Shown here in pieces: positions 42,003-52,427 of a stretch of DNA of 64,000 nt (its first letter is position 1; each line of letters starts with the position of its first letter). Position numbers and translations under genes: made by a program. The stretch comes from an uncultured Gammaproteobacteria bacterium (lineage in GTDB: Bacteria > Patescibacteriota > Microgenomatia > Levybacterales > UBA12049). The notes below the pieces were generated by a model. The model saw nothing but the letters and a program-made list of their open reading frames with translations, did not search any database and was not told where the DNA came from. The stretch lies in contig CAYQEE010000006.1 of assembly GCA_964416445.1 (NCBI GenBank), positions 21,230 through 85,229 on the forward strand. The letters are read 5' to 3'.

Positions 42003-43898
42003 ATGGCAAAAATAATTGGAATAGATTTAGGAACAACAAATTCATGTGTAGCAGTAATGGAAGGTGGATCGCCAAAAGTGATTCATTCCGCAGAAGGAAG
42101 GAATGTTATTCCTTCAGTCGTTGATCCAAAAACACATGTGGTGGGAGATGTTGCAAAGAGACAGTTAGTCTTAAAACCAAAAGAGACAATTTTCTCAGTA
42201 AAACGTCTCATGGGCCGGAAATATACTGACCCATCGGTAAAATATGATCTTAAATGGTTACCTTATACTGTTAAAGCTGGTCGTGATGGAATGGCGGTAG
42301 TCGAAGTAGATGGAAAAACCTATACACCTCAAGAAGTATCAGCAATGATTCTCCAAAAAATTAAAGCAGATGCGGAGAGTTATTTGGGGGACAAAGTAAC
42401 ACAAGCTGTTATTACTGTTCCAGCGTATTTTGACGATTCGCAAAGACAAGCAACCAAACAAGCTGGTGAAATTGCAGGGCTTGAAGTACTGCGTATTATT
42501 AATGAACCTACAGCGGCAGCTCTTGCCTATGGACTTGATAAAAAAAATGCGCATACGATTGCTGTGTATGATTTAGGTGGAGGAACATTTGATATCTCCA
42601 TTCTTGAGCTTGGTGATGGTGTTTATGAGGTAAAGTCTACCAATGGTGATACCCATCTTGGAGGCGATGATTTTGACCAAGCTATTGTTAACTATATTGC
42701 TGATGAATTCAAAAAAGAAAATAATATTGACTTACGAAAGGATCCACAAGCATTACAACGATTACGAGAATCTGCAGAGAAAGCAAAGATTGAATTATCA
42801 TCTTCACAAGAGGCCCAAATAAATCAGCCATTTATTACCGTAGGTCAGAATGGTCCTCTTCATTTGACCATGACCCTTACCCGTGCAAAACTTGAACAAA
42901 TTGTTGATGGATTAATTCAAAAAACGCTAAGTCCAGTACAAAAGGCACTTGATGACGCAAAAATTAAAGTTTCCAATATAGATGAAGTTGTTCTTGTCGG
43001 TGGTATGACGAGAATGCCTAAGGTTATTGAAGCAGTAACGAAATTTTTTGGGAAAGAACCAAATCGTGGAGTGAATCCCGATGAAGTCGTTGCTGTTGGT
43101 GCTGCAGTACAAGGTGGTGTGTTAGCAGGAGAAGTGAATGATGTATTATTACTTGATGTTACACCATTAACATTAGGTCTTGAGACATTAGGCAGTGTTT
43201 CCACGCCATTAATTCCAAGAAATACAACGATTCCAACGTCAAAATCACAAGTATTTTCTACTGCTGCTGATAATCAAACACAAGTCGAAATTAATATTCT
43301 CCAAGGTGAACGTCCAATGGCGGCAGACAACAAATCACTTGGCCGATTCATTCTGGATGGTATTCCTCCTGCACCTCGAGGTGTACCACAAATTGAAGTA
43401 ACCTTTGATATTGACGCAAGCGGAATCTTATCCGTAAAAGCAAAAGATAAAGCTTCTGGAAAAGAACAAAGTATTAAAATTACAGGAAGCACTGGTCTCT
43501 CAAAAGATGAAATTGAGAAAATGACCAAGGAAGCAGAAATGCATGCAAAAGAAGATCAGGAAAAGAAAGATAAAATTGAAGCACGAAATCACGCCGATTC
43601 TCTTATCTTTACTTCAGAAAAAGCATTAAAAGATGCTGGCGATAAAGTGAATGCAGATATTAAAAAAGAGGTTGAAGATAAAATAAAAGCACTCAAAGAT
43701 ATTCTTGATTCAGGAAGTAAAGAAGATATTGAAGCAAAAACAAAAGAGTTATCAGAAAGTCTTTCAAAAATTGGCGAAGCTGCGTATAAACAAGGACAAC
43801 AGGCACAACAAGAAGAGGAAATTGAGAATAAAGAACAAGAAGGAAAAACTGACAACAAGCCAGGTGATGAGCCTGTTGAAGGTGAAGTTGTCAGCTAA
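42003..43898 (+). CDS. dnaK: Chaperone DnaK (Hsp70).
   Basis: [18 protein letters not shown] and a C-terminal EEV-less lid are present. Confidence 0.97.
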   Translation: MAKIIGIDLGTTNSCVAVMEGGSPKVIHSAEGRNVIPSVVDPKTHVVGDVAKRQLVLKPKETIFSVKRLMGRKYTDPSVKYDLKWLPYTVKAGRDGMAVVEVDGKTYTPQEVSAMILQKIKADAESYLGDKVTQAVITVPAYFDDSQRQATKQAGEIAGLEVLRIINEPTAAALAYGLDKKNAHTIAVYDLGGGTFDISILELGDGVYEVKSTNGDTHLGGDDFDQAIVNYIADEFKKENNIDLRKDPQALQRLRESAEKAKIELSSSQEAQINQPFITVGQNGPLHLTMTLTRAKLEQIVDGLIQKTLSPVQKALDDAKIKVSNIDEVVLVGGMTRMPKVIEAVTKFFGKEPNRGVNPDEVVAVGAAVQGGVLAGEVNDVLLLDVTPLTLGLETLGSVSTPLIPRNTTIPTSKSQVFSTAADNQTQVEINILQGERPMAADNKSLGRFILDGIPPAPRGVPQIEVTFDIDASGILSVKAKDKASGKEQSIKITGSTGLSKDEIEKMTKEAEMHAKEDQEKKDKIEARNHADSLIFTSEKALKDAGDKVNADIKKEVEDKIKALKDILDSGSKEDIEAKTKELSESLSKIGEAAYKQGQQAQQEEEIENKEQEGKTDNKPGDEPVEGEVVS

Positions 43899-43970
43899 AC
43901 AAATAGAGTGTCGTGAACAAAAATGAGCGCAGAGATGCGCTTATTTATTATCAAGAAGGAAAAATGACTT

Positions 43971-44840
43971 ATGGCAACAAATAATGATTACTATGGTGTG
44001 TTAGGAGTTACCAAAAGTGCAAGTGAAGATGAAATTAAAAAAGCGTATAGAAAATTAGCACTGCAATATCATCCTGATCGAAATAAAACACCTGAAGCTG
44101 CAGAAAAATTTAAAGAAGTCACTCATGCCTATGAGGTTCTTTCTGATCCGCAAAAAAGACAGACATATGATCAATTTGGTGCCAGCGCGTTTGAACAAGG
44201 TGGTCCTGGTGCCCAAGGACCATTTGGGCAAGGACAAGCCGGACAATATGGTCCGTTTAGTTATTCATATTCCACAAATGGTGAAGGTTTTGATTTTGGA
44301 GGGTTTACTGATCCCTTTGAAATTTTTGAACAATTTTTTGGAGGTGGATTTTCTCGGCAGCCGAGAAGGCAAGTCTATTCAATAACCATTGATTTCATGG
44401 ATGCCATTAAAGGAACGACAAAAAAAGTATCAATAAATGGCAAAGAACAAACGATAAAAATTCCTGCAGGTGTTGATACCGGATCCCGTATTCGGTTTGG
44501 TGACTATGATATCCTTATTCAAGTTGCTTCAAGTGACACGTTTACTCGAGAAGGAGATGATATTATTTCTCAGCAGGAAATTACTTTTGCCCAAGCTGCG
44601 TTAGGGACTGAGTTAATAGTGGAAACAGTTGAAGGGAAAGTAACTGTTCGTATTCCTGCTGGTACACAACCAAATGCAGTCATTCGATTACGCGAAAAAG
44701 GCGTTCCTCATGTTAGAGGAAATGGGAGAGGGGATCATTACTTACGAATAAAAGTAACAATTCCTAAAAATTTAACTACAAAACAGAAAGAATTACTGAA
44801 AGAATTTGATTCGGTCAAAGAGAAAAAAGGCTGGTTTTAA
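43971..44840 (+). CDS. dnaJ: J-domain co-chaperone (DnaJ/CbpA-like, no zinc-finger domain).
   Basis: The J domain with HPD (YHPDRN) is present, plus a G/F-rich region and C-terminal CTD I/II. The CxxCxGxG repeats are absent. Confidence 0.85.
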   Translation: MATNNDYYGVLGVTKSASEDEIKKAYRKLALQYHPDRNKTPEAAEKFKEVTHAYEVLSDPQKRQTYDQFGASAFEQGGPGAQGPFGQGQAGQYGPFSYSYSTNGEGFDFGGFTDPFEIFEQFFGGGFSRQPRRQVYSITIDFMDAIKGTTKKVSINGKEQTIKIPAGVDTGSRIRFGDYDILIQVASSDTFTREGDDIISQQEITFAQAALGTELIVETVEGKVTVRIPAGTQPNAVIRLREKGVPHVRGNGRGDHYLRIKVTIPKNLTTKQKELLKEFDSVKEKKGWF

Positions 44841-44916
44841 TCTTTGTTTATTTGTTTGATTGCGTTCTTTGCTAAAAGAAGATTAAACATCCCCTTCGAA
44901 TAAAAATATCGTCAAT

Positions 44917-45358
44917 ATGCGGCAACAGGCCCAACGAGTATAGGTCAGTACGAGTAGTTTGAACTTACCTACCCTTATTCTGGTAACTATAGCAATCCGA
45001 ATAATCTTGCAATTGCTGATTTAGAAGCAAGGTCGAACTTAAATATATCTGATCGTGTTGAAGCAGTTGTTAATTGGTATGGTTGGAATAATATGTCACG
45101 GCCATACCTTCATCCGATGATACTCCAGTTCTTATTCAGCAAGGACTCAACGATACAACTGTTCCTCCACAAATGTCTACCGATTATTTTAACAAATTGG
45201 TTGCTGCTTATATTTTTACGAATATTCAGTATGTAGCAAATGCAGGACATGAATTTGCAGGAAATAATACCAATTCTGATTATGAGCAAATTGCGCAAAC
45301 TGCTGTTCAGTTTCTTAATGTCCATGTAAAGAACAATGCAAATCCATCACCGCAATAA
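44917..45358 (+). pseudogene. Degraded C-terminal fragment of an alpha/beta-hydrolase (S9/esterase-type), interrupted by an in-frame stop and a frameshift.
   Basis: One frame reads ...RVEAVVNWYGWNN and shifts at about 45105 to ...PVLIQQGLNDTTVP...ANAGHEFAGNN. This matches the HG.nD..VP ... GagHgf C-terminal catalytic His region. An in-frame stop lies upstream (GQYE*). Confidence 0.55.
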
Positions 45359-45752
45359 CAATGCATGTTTGTATTTTCCTGTAATTCTTTTTATACTAAG
45401 TGAGCATCTTCTTATGCCAAACTTTTTACTGCTTGCCATTGACTTCATGAAATTTTGGTACATTGATGCACCAAAAGGATTAATTGATTATTTTTCCTCA
45501 TTAAACGCTTCCTTTTTAAAATTATTTTCATTGAGACTGTTATTAGCAACATTTTTTAAACCATGGAAGAATGAGTATAGACAAGGATTAGTAGGATTTT
45601 CCATGATTATGGGAATGGCAATAAAAAGTATGATTATTGCTTTTGATCTCATTGTGTTTTTTGTGCTGGTCGTTTGTGAGATATTTGCTATTTTTCTTTT
45701 TATTACATGGCCAGTAATTACTATATTATTGTTATTTATTCCTAACTTATGA
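45336..45752 (+). CDS. Small polytopic membrane protein (hypothetical), 4-nt overlap with the downstream Clp ATPase gene.
   Basis: The protein has 3-4 TM helices. The likely start is MPNFLLLAI at 45414. Its stop overlaps the next gene's start (ATGA). Confidence 0.45.
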   Translation: MQIHHRNNNACLYFPVILFILSEHLLMPNFLLLAIDFMKFWYIDAPKGLIDYFSSLNASFLKLFSLRLLLATFFKPWKNEYRQGLVGFSMIMGMAIKSMIIAFDLIVFFVLVVCEIFAIFLFITWPVITILLLFIPNL

Positions 45753-48136
45753 AACAAGAAACATACGCAGTTTTATATCATGCCTATAAGTCGCCTCTTG
45801 CTCGGTTTTTCCGAATTCTATTTGTCTTGCTAATGGTAGGTATTAGTGTTGCTTTTATTTTGATGCACTCGATACCTCGAGGTCCGCTATTCTTCTTATC
45901 AATCTTTTTTATGGCCGAAGTTATCTATCGATTCAAAATATTAAAAATTACTCCACTTATTTCGGTGAACGAAAATACGGGAAAAGATATGTATGCTTCC
46001 TTTACTATGCAAACGCTTGATGCATTCTTTTTTGCTCAAGATCCGCAAGGAGTATTAAAAAATCTTCTGAAAGCAACGAGTGTGCGGTTTATTTTACATA
46101 AAGCAAATATAACAGTTCATGAAATATCCTATGCAAATTTAACTAAAGAACAGATTGGGCAAAAAGCCCTTGAAGTCGTGAAACAAGTAAATGGGAAATT
46201 TGTTACCCGTATGGATCTCATTGCCGCTTGTCTATTACTGACGGAAACGCAAACTCGTTTGCTTTTTTCAAAACGATTGAAAGAAGAGGAATTTATGCAT
46301 ATTCTGTATTGGGCCCGCTCTGAATTTCCCCAAGAAGAAATGCCGGCAAGATCCCGAGTTACCTTTTATGGTGAAGGATTGTTTGATAGTTTTACCACAG
46401 GATGGTCCCTTGAAACTGCGAAATATACAGCTGATATTACGTATAAAGTTCTTGATGAGAAACCAATTCTTATTGGCAGAAGAAAAGAATTTGATCAAGC
46501 AGTTTCCATTCTCTCTCGTCTCTCAAAAGATAATGCATTGTTAGTTGGCGAACCGGGAGCAGGGAAGAGTTCCCTCGTTGATGCAATTGCTTTAGATAGC
46601 TATCTCGGCTACGTACAAGGTCCTCTCGCTCATAAACGTGTTTACGAATTGATGATTGGGTTACTTGTTGCTGGCGTAAAGGAAATGGGGGATCTTGAAT
46701 CAAGATTGCAAAATATCATTGAGGAAATTTCCCATGCTGGAAACGTTATTTTATATATTGCTGATTTAGAAAATATTCTCGGATCACAAACATTTCATTT
46801 AGACTTAACTGGCGTATTAATTCCTTATTTAAGGGGGAAACATGTTCCTGTTATTGCGACAATATCGGCGTCAGCATATCGGAATTTTGTGGAACCGATG
46901 GCAGCCTTTGCCGATTTGTTTGAAATTGTTCGTATTGACGAGTTAGGACGTGATGAAGCTATTCAAATGTTGCTTGAAAAAGCAAGTGAAATCGAAGATA
47001 AAAATCGAGTAACGATTACGTTTAAAGCAATTATTGCTGCGGTCGATTTAAGTCATAGATATTTACAAAATAAAGTATTACCGGGAAGCGCAGTCTCATT
47101 ATTAGACGCTGCAGCTGCAATGAAAAGTGGGAAAAATGCTATTGTTGATGAAACAGATGTTATTGCTAAAATCGAAGAAAAAACGCATGTTGCCATAGCT
47201 ACTCCAGGAGAGAAGGAAAAAAGTCTCTTACTCCATTTAGAAGATAAACTTCACGAACGAATTGTTGATCAAGTAGAAGCTGTAAATGCCATAGCAGAAG
47301 CGTTACGGAGATTACGATCAGGTATCACGTCACAGAATAGACCAATTTCGTTTCTTTTTTTAGGGCCTACGGGAGTTGGAAAAACAGAAACTGCGAAAGC
47401 GTTAGCGGCCGTATATTTTGGCGGAGAAGATAAAATTGTTCGATTAGATATGAGTGAATATACGAGTAGTGATTCAATCAATCGGTTACTCGGTTCGGCA
47501 CCAGGGGGAGGAACCGAAAAAGGAGAACTTACCGAAAAAGTCTATGAGAATCCATTCTCCTTGGTACTTCTTGACGAATTTGAAAAAGCACATCTTGAAA
47601 TCTTGGATTTATTTTTACAAGTCCTCGAAGATGGACGATTAACTGATAATCATGGAAAAACCGTTTCCTTTGCAAATACCATCATTATTGCTACTTCTAA
47701 TGCTGGAGCTCTCTATATTCAAGATGAATTACATCAAGGAAAAAAAGTTGATAAGGAGTTTAAAGCGTCACTGCTTCAAGAAGTTGAAAAAGAGCATTTA
47801 TTCAAACCTGAATTGTTAAATAGGTTTGATGACATTATTGTCTTTGCGCCACTTGGACAACCAGAGATTCAAGCAATTGCGCAGTTATATTTGCAAAAAG
47901 TTATCAGTAAATTGAAAGAACAAGATATTGAAATTACTTTTGATCCACAGGTAGTTCAATTAGCTGCGCAAGAAGGATTTGATCCGCAATTTGGCGCTCG
48001 TCCTTTAAGACGGTTCATACAGGATAAAATTGAAGATGCAATTGCGCGCGCTATGCTTGAAGGAACAATTGGAAGAGGAATGGCAGTGAATGTCTCTCTT
48101 GATCCACAAGGAAACATTACTTTTATCCCAAAATAA
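45749..48136 (+). CDS. Hsp100/Clp-family AAA+ ATPase with two nucleotide-binding domains and an N-terminal double-TM membrane anchor.
   Basis: NBD1 Walker A GEPGAGKSS and NBD2 Walker A GPTGVGKTE are present, with sensor-2 GARPLRR and Clp-N-like repeats. The first ~60 aa form two hydrophobic helices. I found no IGF/L ClpP loop. Confidence 0.75.
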   Translation: MKQETYAVLYHAYKSPLARFFRILFVLLMVGISVAFILMHSIPRGPLFFLSIFFMAEVIYRFKILKITPLISVNENTGKDMYASFTMQTLDAFFFAQDPQGVLKNLLKATSVRFILHKANITVHEISYANLTKEQIGQKALEVVKQVNGKFVTRMDLIAACLLLTETQTRLLFSKRLKEEEFMHILYWARSEFPQEEMPARSRVTFYGEGLFDSFTTGWSLETAKYTADITYKVLDEKPILIGRRKEFDQAVSILSRLSKDNALLVGEPGAGKSSLVDAIALDSYLGYVQGPLAHKRVYELMIGLLVAGVKEMGDLESRLQNIIEEISHAGNVILYIADLENILGSQTFHLDLTGVLIPYLRGKHVPVIATISASAYRNFVEPMAAFADLFEIVRIDELGRDEAIQMLLEKASEIEDKNRVTITFKAIIAAVDLSHRYLQNKVLPGSAVSLLDAAAAMKSGKNAIVDETDVIAKIEEKTHVAIATPGEKEKSLLLHLEDKLHERIVDQVEAVNAIAEALRRLRSGITSQNRPISFLFLGPTGVGKTETAKALAAVYFGGEDKIVRLDMSEYTSSDSINRLLGSAPGGGTEKGELTEKVYENPFSLVLLDEFEKAHLEILDLFLQVLEDGRLTDNHGKTVSFANTIIIATSNAGALYIQDELHQGKKVDKEFKASLLQEVEKEHLFKPELLNRFDDIIVFAPLGQPEIQAIAQLYLQKVISKLKEQDIEITFDPQVVQLAAQEGFDPQFGARPLRRFIQDKIEDAIARAMLEGTIGRGMAVNVSLDPQGNITFIPK

Positions 48137-48147
48137 GCAATATTCTG

Positions 48148-48669
48148 TTAGAGATTATCAAGTTCGTAGTTGCAAAATACTGTCCCCTGCGTCCCACTTC
48201 CGGCACATTGAGTTGTTGGAATGCCATTTGTACAAATACTTGCACATGATGAGGCACATTGTGAACCTATGGTACAGGCTTCGGAATCTTGGGAACCCCG
48301 TTCAAGAGATGCGTAGAGTGCGTATTGGCTACCTGTACTATAATAAACGTATTTTCTTTCGCTGCTCTCTATTGGTAAGATATTAATATATGGTGGCCAA
48401 GGAGATCCCCAAGGAATAACTTTATTTGCATCTTCGTCTTTAATTTCATATTGATTATTCATAGGAGGATAATGGCCATGGGTATTGCGATAGAGTTCAA
48501 GAGCTATTTGGATCTGTTTTAAATCAGTTTTTCTTTTCGAGTCATGTGCTTTTTGTAATTGACCGAGGGGATTAATCAGGAGAATTAAAACAACACTCAA
48601 AGTTCCAATTACCCCAATTACGACAAGTAATTCGAGTAAGGTAAAACCATAGGATCTATTACTCTTCAT
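48148..48669 (-). CDS. Type IV pilin or pseudopilin with a Cys-rich C-terminal domain.
   Basis: The prepilin leader and methylation motif MKSNRSYG/FTLLELLVVIGVIG is present. Six or more Cys lie in the C-terminal 50 aa. Confidence 0.8.
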   Translation of the reverse strand: MKSNRSYGFTLLELLVVIGVIGTLSVVLILLINPLGQLQKAHDSKRKTDLKQIQIALELYRNTHGHYPPMNNQYEIKDEDANKVIPWGSPWPPYINILPIESSERKYVYYSTGSQYALYASLERGSQDSEACTIGSQCASSCASICTNGIPTTQCAGSGTQGTVFCNYELDNL

Positions 48670-48801
48670 AGGTAATATGCTTTTTATTAGTATAGCATGC
48701 TTCGTAAGTGTTATTTCTCGGTTATTTATCGAATAGGCCACCTAGGCGGGATTTGTTTCCGTATTGAAGCAAATTCGCTAATCTGGTATACTTATTCCAC
48801 T

Positions 48802-49815
48802 ATGCCAGCAATTCAAAGAAGTGAATTTTATCTAGCTCTCAATCAAGTAGCTACCGAACGAGGCGTTTCCGTTGATGTTGTACTAGAAAGTGTAAAAAAT
48901 GCTATTCTAGCTGCATACCGGAAAGATCATCCAGATGTTATTATCGAAGAATATGCGGTGACCTTAAATCCAAATACTGGGGAAGCACGAGTATTACACA
49001 ATGATCAAGATGTTACTCCTCCAGGTTTTGGAAGAATTGCTGCACAAACTGCAAAGCAAGTCATTTTACAAAAAGTACGAGAAGAAGAAAAACAAGTTAT
49101 TTTGAATGATTATAAACTCAGAATAGGAACAATTATGAATGGCATGATACTTCGCTTTTCAGGTCCTAATATTATTGTGGACGTTGGAAAAACAGAAGCT
49201 ATTATGCCTCCTCATGAACAAATTCAATATGAAAAATATCATGTAAATCAACGTTTGTCAGTTTATCTTGTTGAAATTCGTGAAGGTACACGAGGCCAAG
49301 AACTGATCGTTTCTCGAGCAAGTAATGGATTACTCGAAGGTCTTTTTCGAAGAGAAGTTCCTGAAATTGCTCAGGGGAATGTCATTATTAAAAAAATAGC
49401 TCGGGAACCAGGAATACGATCAAAAATTGCAGTTGAGGCAACTACTTCAGGAATTGACCCAGTTGGCAGTTGTGTGGGGCAAAAGGGGGTTCGGGTACAA
49501 GCAGTAATTCAAGAATTTGGCGGTATTGAAAAAATTGATGTTATTCCTTGGCAAGAGAATGAAGAAGAATTTATAGCGCTTTCATTATCTCCAGCAAAGA
49601 ACATTCAAGTCACCTTAGACAAAGAGAGTAAAGTTGCGAGTGTAGCTGTTGCAAAAGACGAGCTTTCTGCAGCTATTGGGAAAGATGGCCAGAATGTTAA
49701 ATTAGCTTCAGAATTAACCGGCTATAAAATTGAGATTAATGAAGCAAAAGACGACAGTGCAGCGCCTTCAGATGTACCCTCTTCAGAAACGCCAGAATCA
49801 ACAGAAACTGCGTAA
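48802..49815 (+). CDS. nusA: Transcription termination/antitermination factor NusA.
   Basis: An N-terminal domain, S1 and two KH domains (GxxG: VGQKGVRVQ, IGKDGQNVK) are present. Confidence 0.9.
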   Translation: MPAIQRSEFYLALNQVATERGVSVDVVLESVKNAILAAYRKDHPDVIIEEYAVTLNPNTGEARVLHNDQDVTPPGFGRIAAQTAKQVILQKVREEEKQVILNDYKLRIGTIMNGMILRFSGPNIIVDVGKTEAIMPPHEQIQYEKYHVNQRLSVYLVEIREGTRGQELIVSRASNGLLEGLFRREVPEIAQGNVIIKKIAREPGIRSKIAVEATTSGIDPVGSCVGQKGVRVQAVIQEFGGIEKIDVIPWQENEEEFIALSLSPAKNIQVTLDKESKVASVAVAKDELSAAIGKDGQNVKLASELTGYKIEINEAKDDSAAPSDVPSSETPESTETA

Positions 49816-49867
49816 TTCAGAGATCCCTTGCCTAGTAAAGCGTAGTCTAAGCTGATAAGATATATAT

Positions 49868-51310
49868 ATGAGTGATAAAAAACACAATACATCGCAAACC
49901 AAGTTTTTCCCGCCGGTTGTCTCCGTGCTTGGCCATGTAGATCATGGTAAAACCACGTTACTTGACGCAATTCGAAAGTCAAATATTGCTGCAAGAGAAC
50001 ACGGAGGAATTACCCAAAAAATCGGTGCATCAACGGTGGAAGTACTCCATGATGGTCAAAAAAGGAAAATTACCTTTATTGATACTCCTGGGCATGAGGC
50101 TTTTTCAAAAATGAGGAGTAGAGGTTCGCAAGCAGCTGATATCGGATTGCTCATTGTCTCTTCCGTCGATGGTGTTATGCCTCAAACGAAGGAATCTATC
50201 CAACTTTTGCAGCAGTCTCATGTGCCATTTATTGTTGTCCTGACAAAAGCAGACGTAGAAGGTAAAAATCCAGAAAAAGTGAAACAGCAATTGATACGGG
50301 AAAACATTATATTGGAAGGTTATGGGGGTGATGTACCTGTTATAGAAGTTTCTGCTCGCACAGGACTGCATATTCCAGAGCTCTTAGATTTGATTCTTTT
50401 GATGTGGGAAATGAAATCATCTACAGCTTCGGAACATGAACCACTGAAAGCTATTGTTATCGAATCTCGGCTTGATACGAAAGCAGGACCTCGGGCGACA
50501 ATTGTTATTAAACAAGGCACAGTTCTAATCAAAGAAGAGCTTGTTACACAATCTACCGAAGGCAAAGTGCGTTCTTTGATAAGTGATACCGGAGCACCTA
50601 TTCAAAAAGCAAGTGTTGGTGAGGCAGTCGAAGTACTTGGGTTTGTAAAAGTACCCTCCGTAGGGGAACTTGTATATCAGAAAAAACATGCTTCCTTGGA
50701 AAAAAGTGTTCATGCCCCGCAAAGTCATCAAGCACCAGCAGAAGGGAAAACACTCTCTCTCTTTCTCTGTGCAGATACTCTTGGTTCTCTGGAAGCTATT
50801 ATGCATGCGTTACCTCCGGAAGTTCATTTAGTTGCGGAAAAAACGGGTGAAATTTCAGAAGGAGATATTTTACTTGCAAAGTCGACAAATGCGCTTGTTC
50901 TTACCTTTAATGTGAGATTACGACCAGATATTATTAAGTTTGCTACAACAGAAAAAGTAATTTTGAAGAACTATACCATAATCTATGAAATGCTTGATGA
51001 AATAACCCAAGTTATCGAAGGGAAAGCATTAGCCCTTATGGAACAGATTTTTGGAGTTGCAAGATTACTTGCTACGTTCCCTTTTGAAAAAACTATAGTC
51101 CTAGGAGTAGATGTCATAGATGGCAGAGTGGCACGCGGAGATAAAGTACGTGTGATGCGCGGAGAAACTTTGGTAGGCGAAAGCATGATTGTCTCGTTAA
51201 GACAAGGCAAAAATACCACTTCGAAAGTAGAAAAAGGACAAGAAGCAGGCTTGATAATATCTCCTGCACTTGACATTACTATAGGTGATATGATAGTATG
51301 CCATAGCTGA
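49868..51310 (+). CDS. infB: Translation initiation factor IF-2 (short form, G domain to C-terminus).
   Basis: GHVDHGKTTLLD, DTPGHEAF and TKAD G-motifs are present. Confidence 0.92.
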   Translation: MSDKKHNTSQTKFFPPVVSVLGHVDHGKTTLLDAIRKSNIAAREHGGITQKIGASTVEVLHDGQKRKITFIDTPGHEAFSKMRSRGSQAADIGLLIVSSVDGVMPQTKESIQLLQQSHVPFIVVLTKADVEGKNPEKVKQQLIRENIILEGYGGDVPVIEVSARTGLHIPELLDLILLMWEMKSSTASEHEPLKAIVIESRLDTKAGPRATIVIKQGTVLIKEELVTQSTEGKVRSLISDTGAPIQKASVGEAVEVLGFVKVPSVGELVYQKKHASLEKSVHAPQSHQAPAEGKTLSLFLCADTLGSLEAIMHALPPEVHLVAEKTGEISEGDILLAKSTNALVLTFNVRLRPDIIKFATTEKVILKNYTIIYEMLDEITQVIEGKALALMEQIFGVARLLATFPFEKTIVLGVDVIDGRVARGDKVRVMRGETLVGESMIVSLRQGKNTTSKVEKGQEAGLIISPALDITIGDMIVCHS

Positions 51311-51311
51311 T

Positions 51312-52322
51312 ATGGATAATGCTACATTTCAACGCATTAAAGATTTAATTCTCAAACACCAAGACATTGGTATCGTCGTAGGTCCAAACCCAGGTTTTGA
51401 TGAAATGGCCGCAGGGTTAGGCTTATATTTGAGTGTTAAACAAATGGGTAAAAATGTCGTTATTGCTTGTCCTACAGATCCACTTGTAGCTGTCTCTTCA
51501 TTAGTTGGTATTGATAAAGTGCAAAAATCACTTGGTGGAGAAGGTGGAGATTTAACAGTATCATTTCCCTATCAAGAGGGAGAAATAGAAAAAGTTTCGT
51601 ATACGTTAGATAATGGATTTCTTAATATTGTCGTGAAAGCAGGAGAACGAGGTCTTTCCTTCAATCAAAAAGATATTCAATTTAAACGAAGTGGAAAAGC
51701 ACCAAGCTTGTTATTTTTTGTCGGAATTCCACGATTATCAGATGTCGCTGCTTTATATAAACCAGACGGATCACAACAGACTGAAATCATTAATATTGAT
51801 AATAAACAATATAATGAGAAATATGGGGATATTATTGTTGTTGACCAAAAGTGGTCATCAGTTAGTGAACAAATTGCTGATTTTGTTACCTTACTCGAAC
51901 CTCAAATTGAATTAGATACCGATACAGCACAAAACTTACTCAATGGTATCGATTATGCTACCGAAGATTTCAAAAGTCCTCGAACTAGTTATTTAGCCTT
52001 TGAAGTTGCAGGAATTTTAATGAAAAAAGGTGCAACTCGACAACGTGCCCAATCAATCGGAGTTAATATGAATAATTCATATCAAAACAGTAATTCATTC
52101 TTCCCTCCAATTCCACCAGCTCAACCACAGCCAATACAGCCAATACAACCAGTGCAACCGTTACAACCTATGCAATCACAATCACAGCAAATGCCACAAC
52201 AACCTGCGGTAAATCAACAGTCTCAACCAACGCAACAAGCACCAAAACAACCCAGTACACAACAGCAAACACCTCCCGATTGGTTAACGCCGAAAGTCTA
52301 TAAAGGTTCAACGGTCCTGTAA
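51312..52322 (+). CDS. DHH-family (NrnA-like) protein with degenerate catalytic motifs and a Pro/Gln-rich C-terminal tail.
   Basis: The N-terminal GPNPGFDEMAAGLGL resembles NrnA motif I (HxNPDGDAxGS) with Asp replaced by Gly. The expected DHH is DQK (IIVVDQKW). The tail PQPIQPIQPVQPLQPMQSQ is encoded by imperfect 9-bp tandem repeats. Confidence 0.5.
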   Translation: MDNATFQRIKDLILKHQDIGIVVGPNPGFDEMAAGLGLYLSVKQMGKNVVIACPTDPLVAVSSLVGIDKVQKSLGGEGGDLTVSFPYQEGEIEKVSYTLDNGFLNIVVKAGERGLSFNQKDIQFKRSGKAPSLLFFVGIPRLSDVAALYKPDGSQQTEIINIDNKQYNEKYGDIIVVDQKWSSVSEQIADFVTLLEPQIELDTDTAQNLLNGIDYATEDFKSPRTSYLAFEVAGILMKKGATRQRAQSIGVNMNNSYQNSNSFFPPIPPAQPQPIQPIQPVQPLQPMQSQSQQMPQQPAVNQQSQPTQQAPKQPSTQQQTPPDWLTPKVYKGSTVL

Positions 52323-52427
52323 ATTCTCCAACAGCATTGTTGATAAGAAATAAGTTTTCATCTCTTTTCTTAGAATTAATTGTTTTATATCGTTGCGTCA
52401 AAAAGATAAAACTGGTATAATACCCTC

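Noticed and set aside
45173-45358. A 61-aa ORF called as an independent gene.
   Set aside because: It is the in-frame tail of the alpha/beta-hydrolase pseudogene fragment (GHEF catalytic-His region), not a separate gene.
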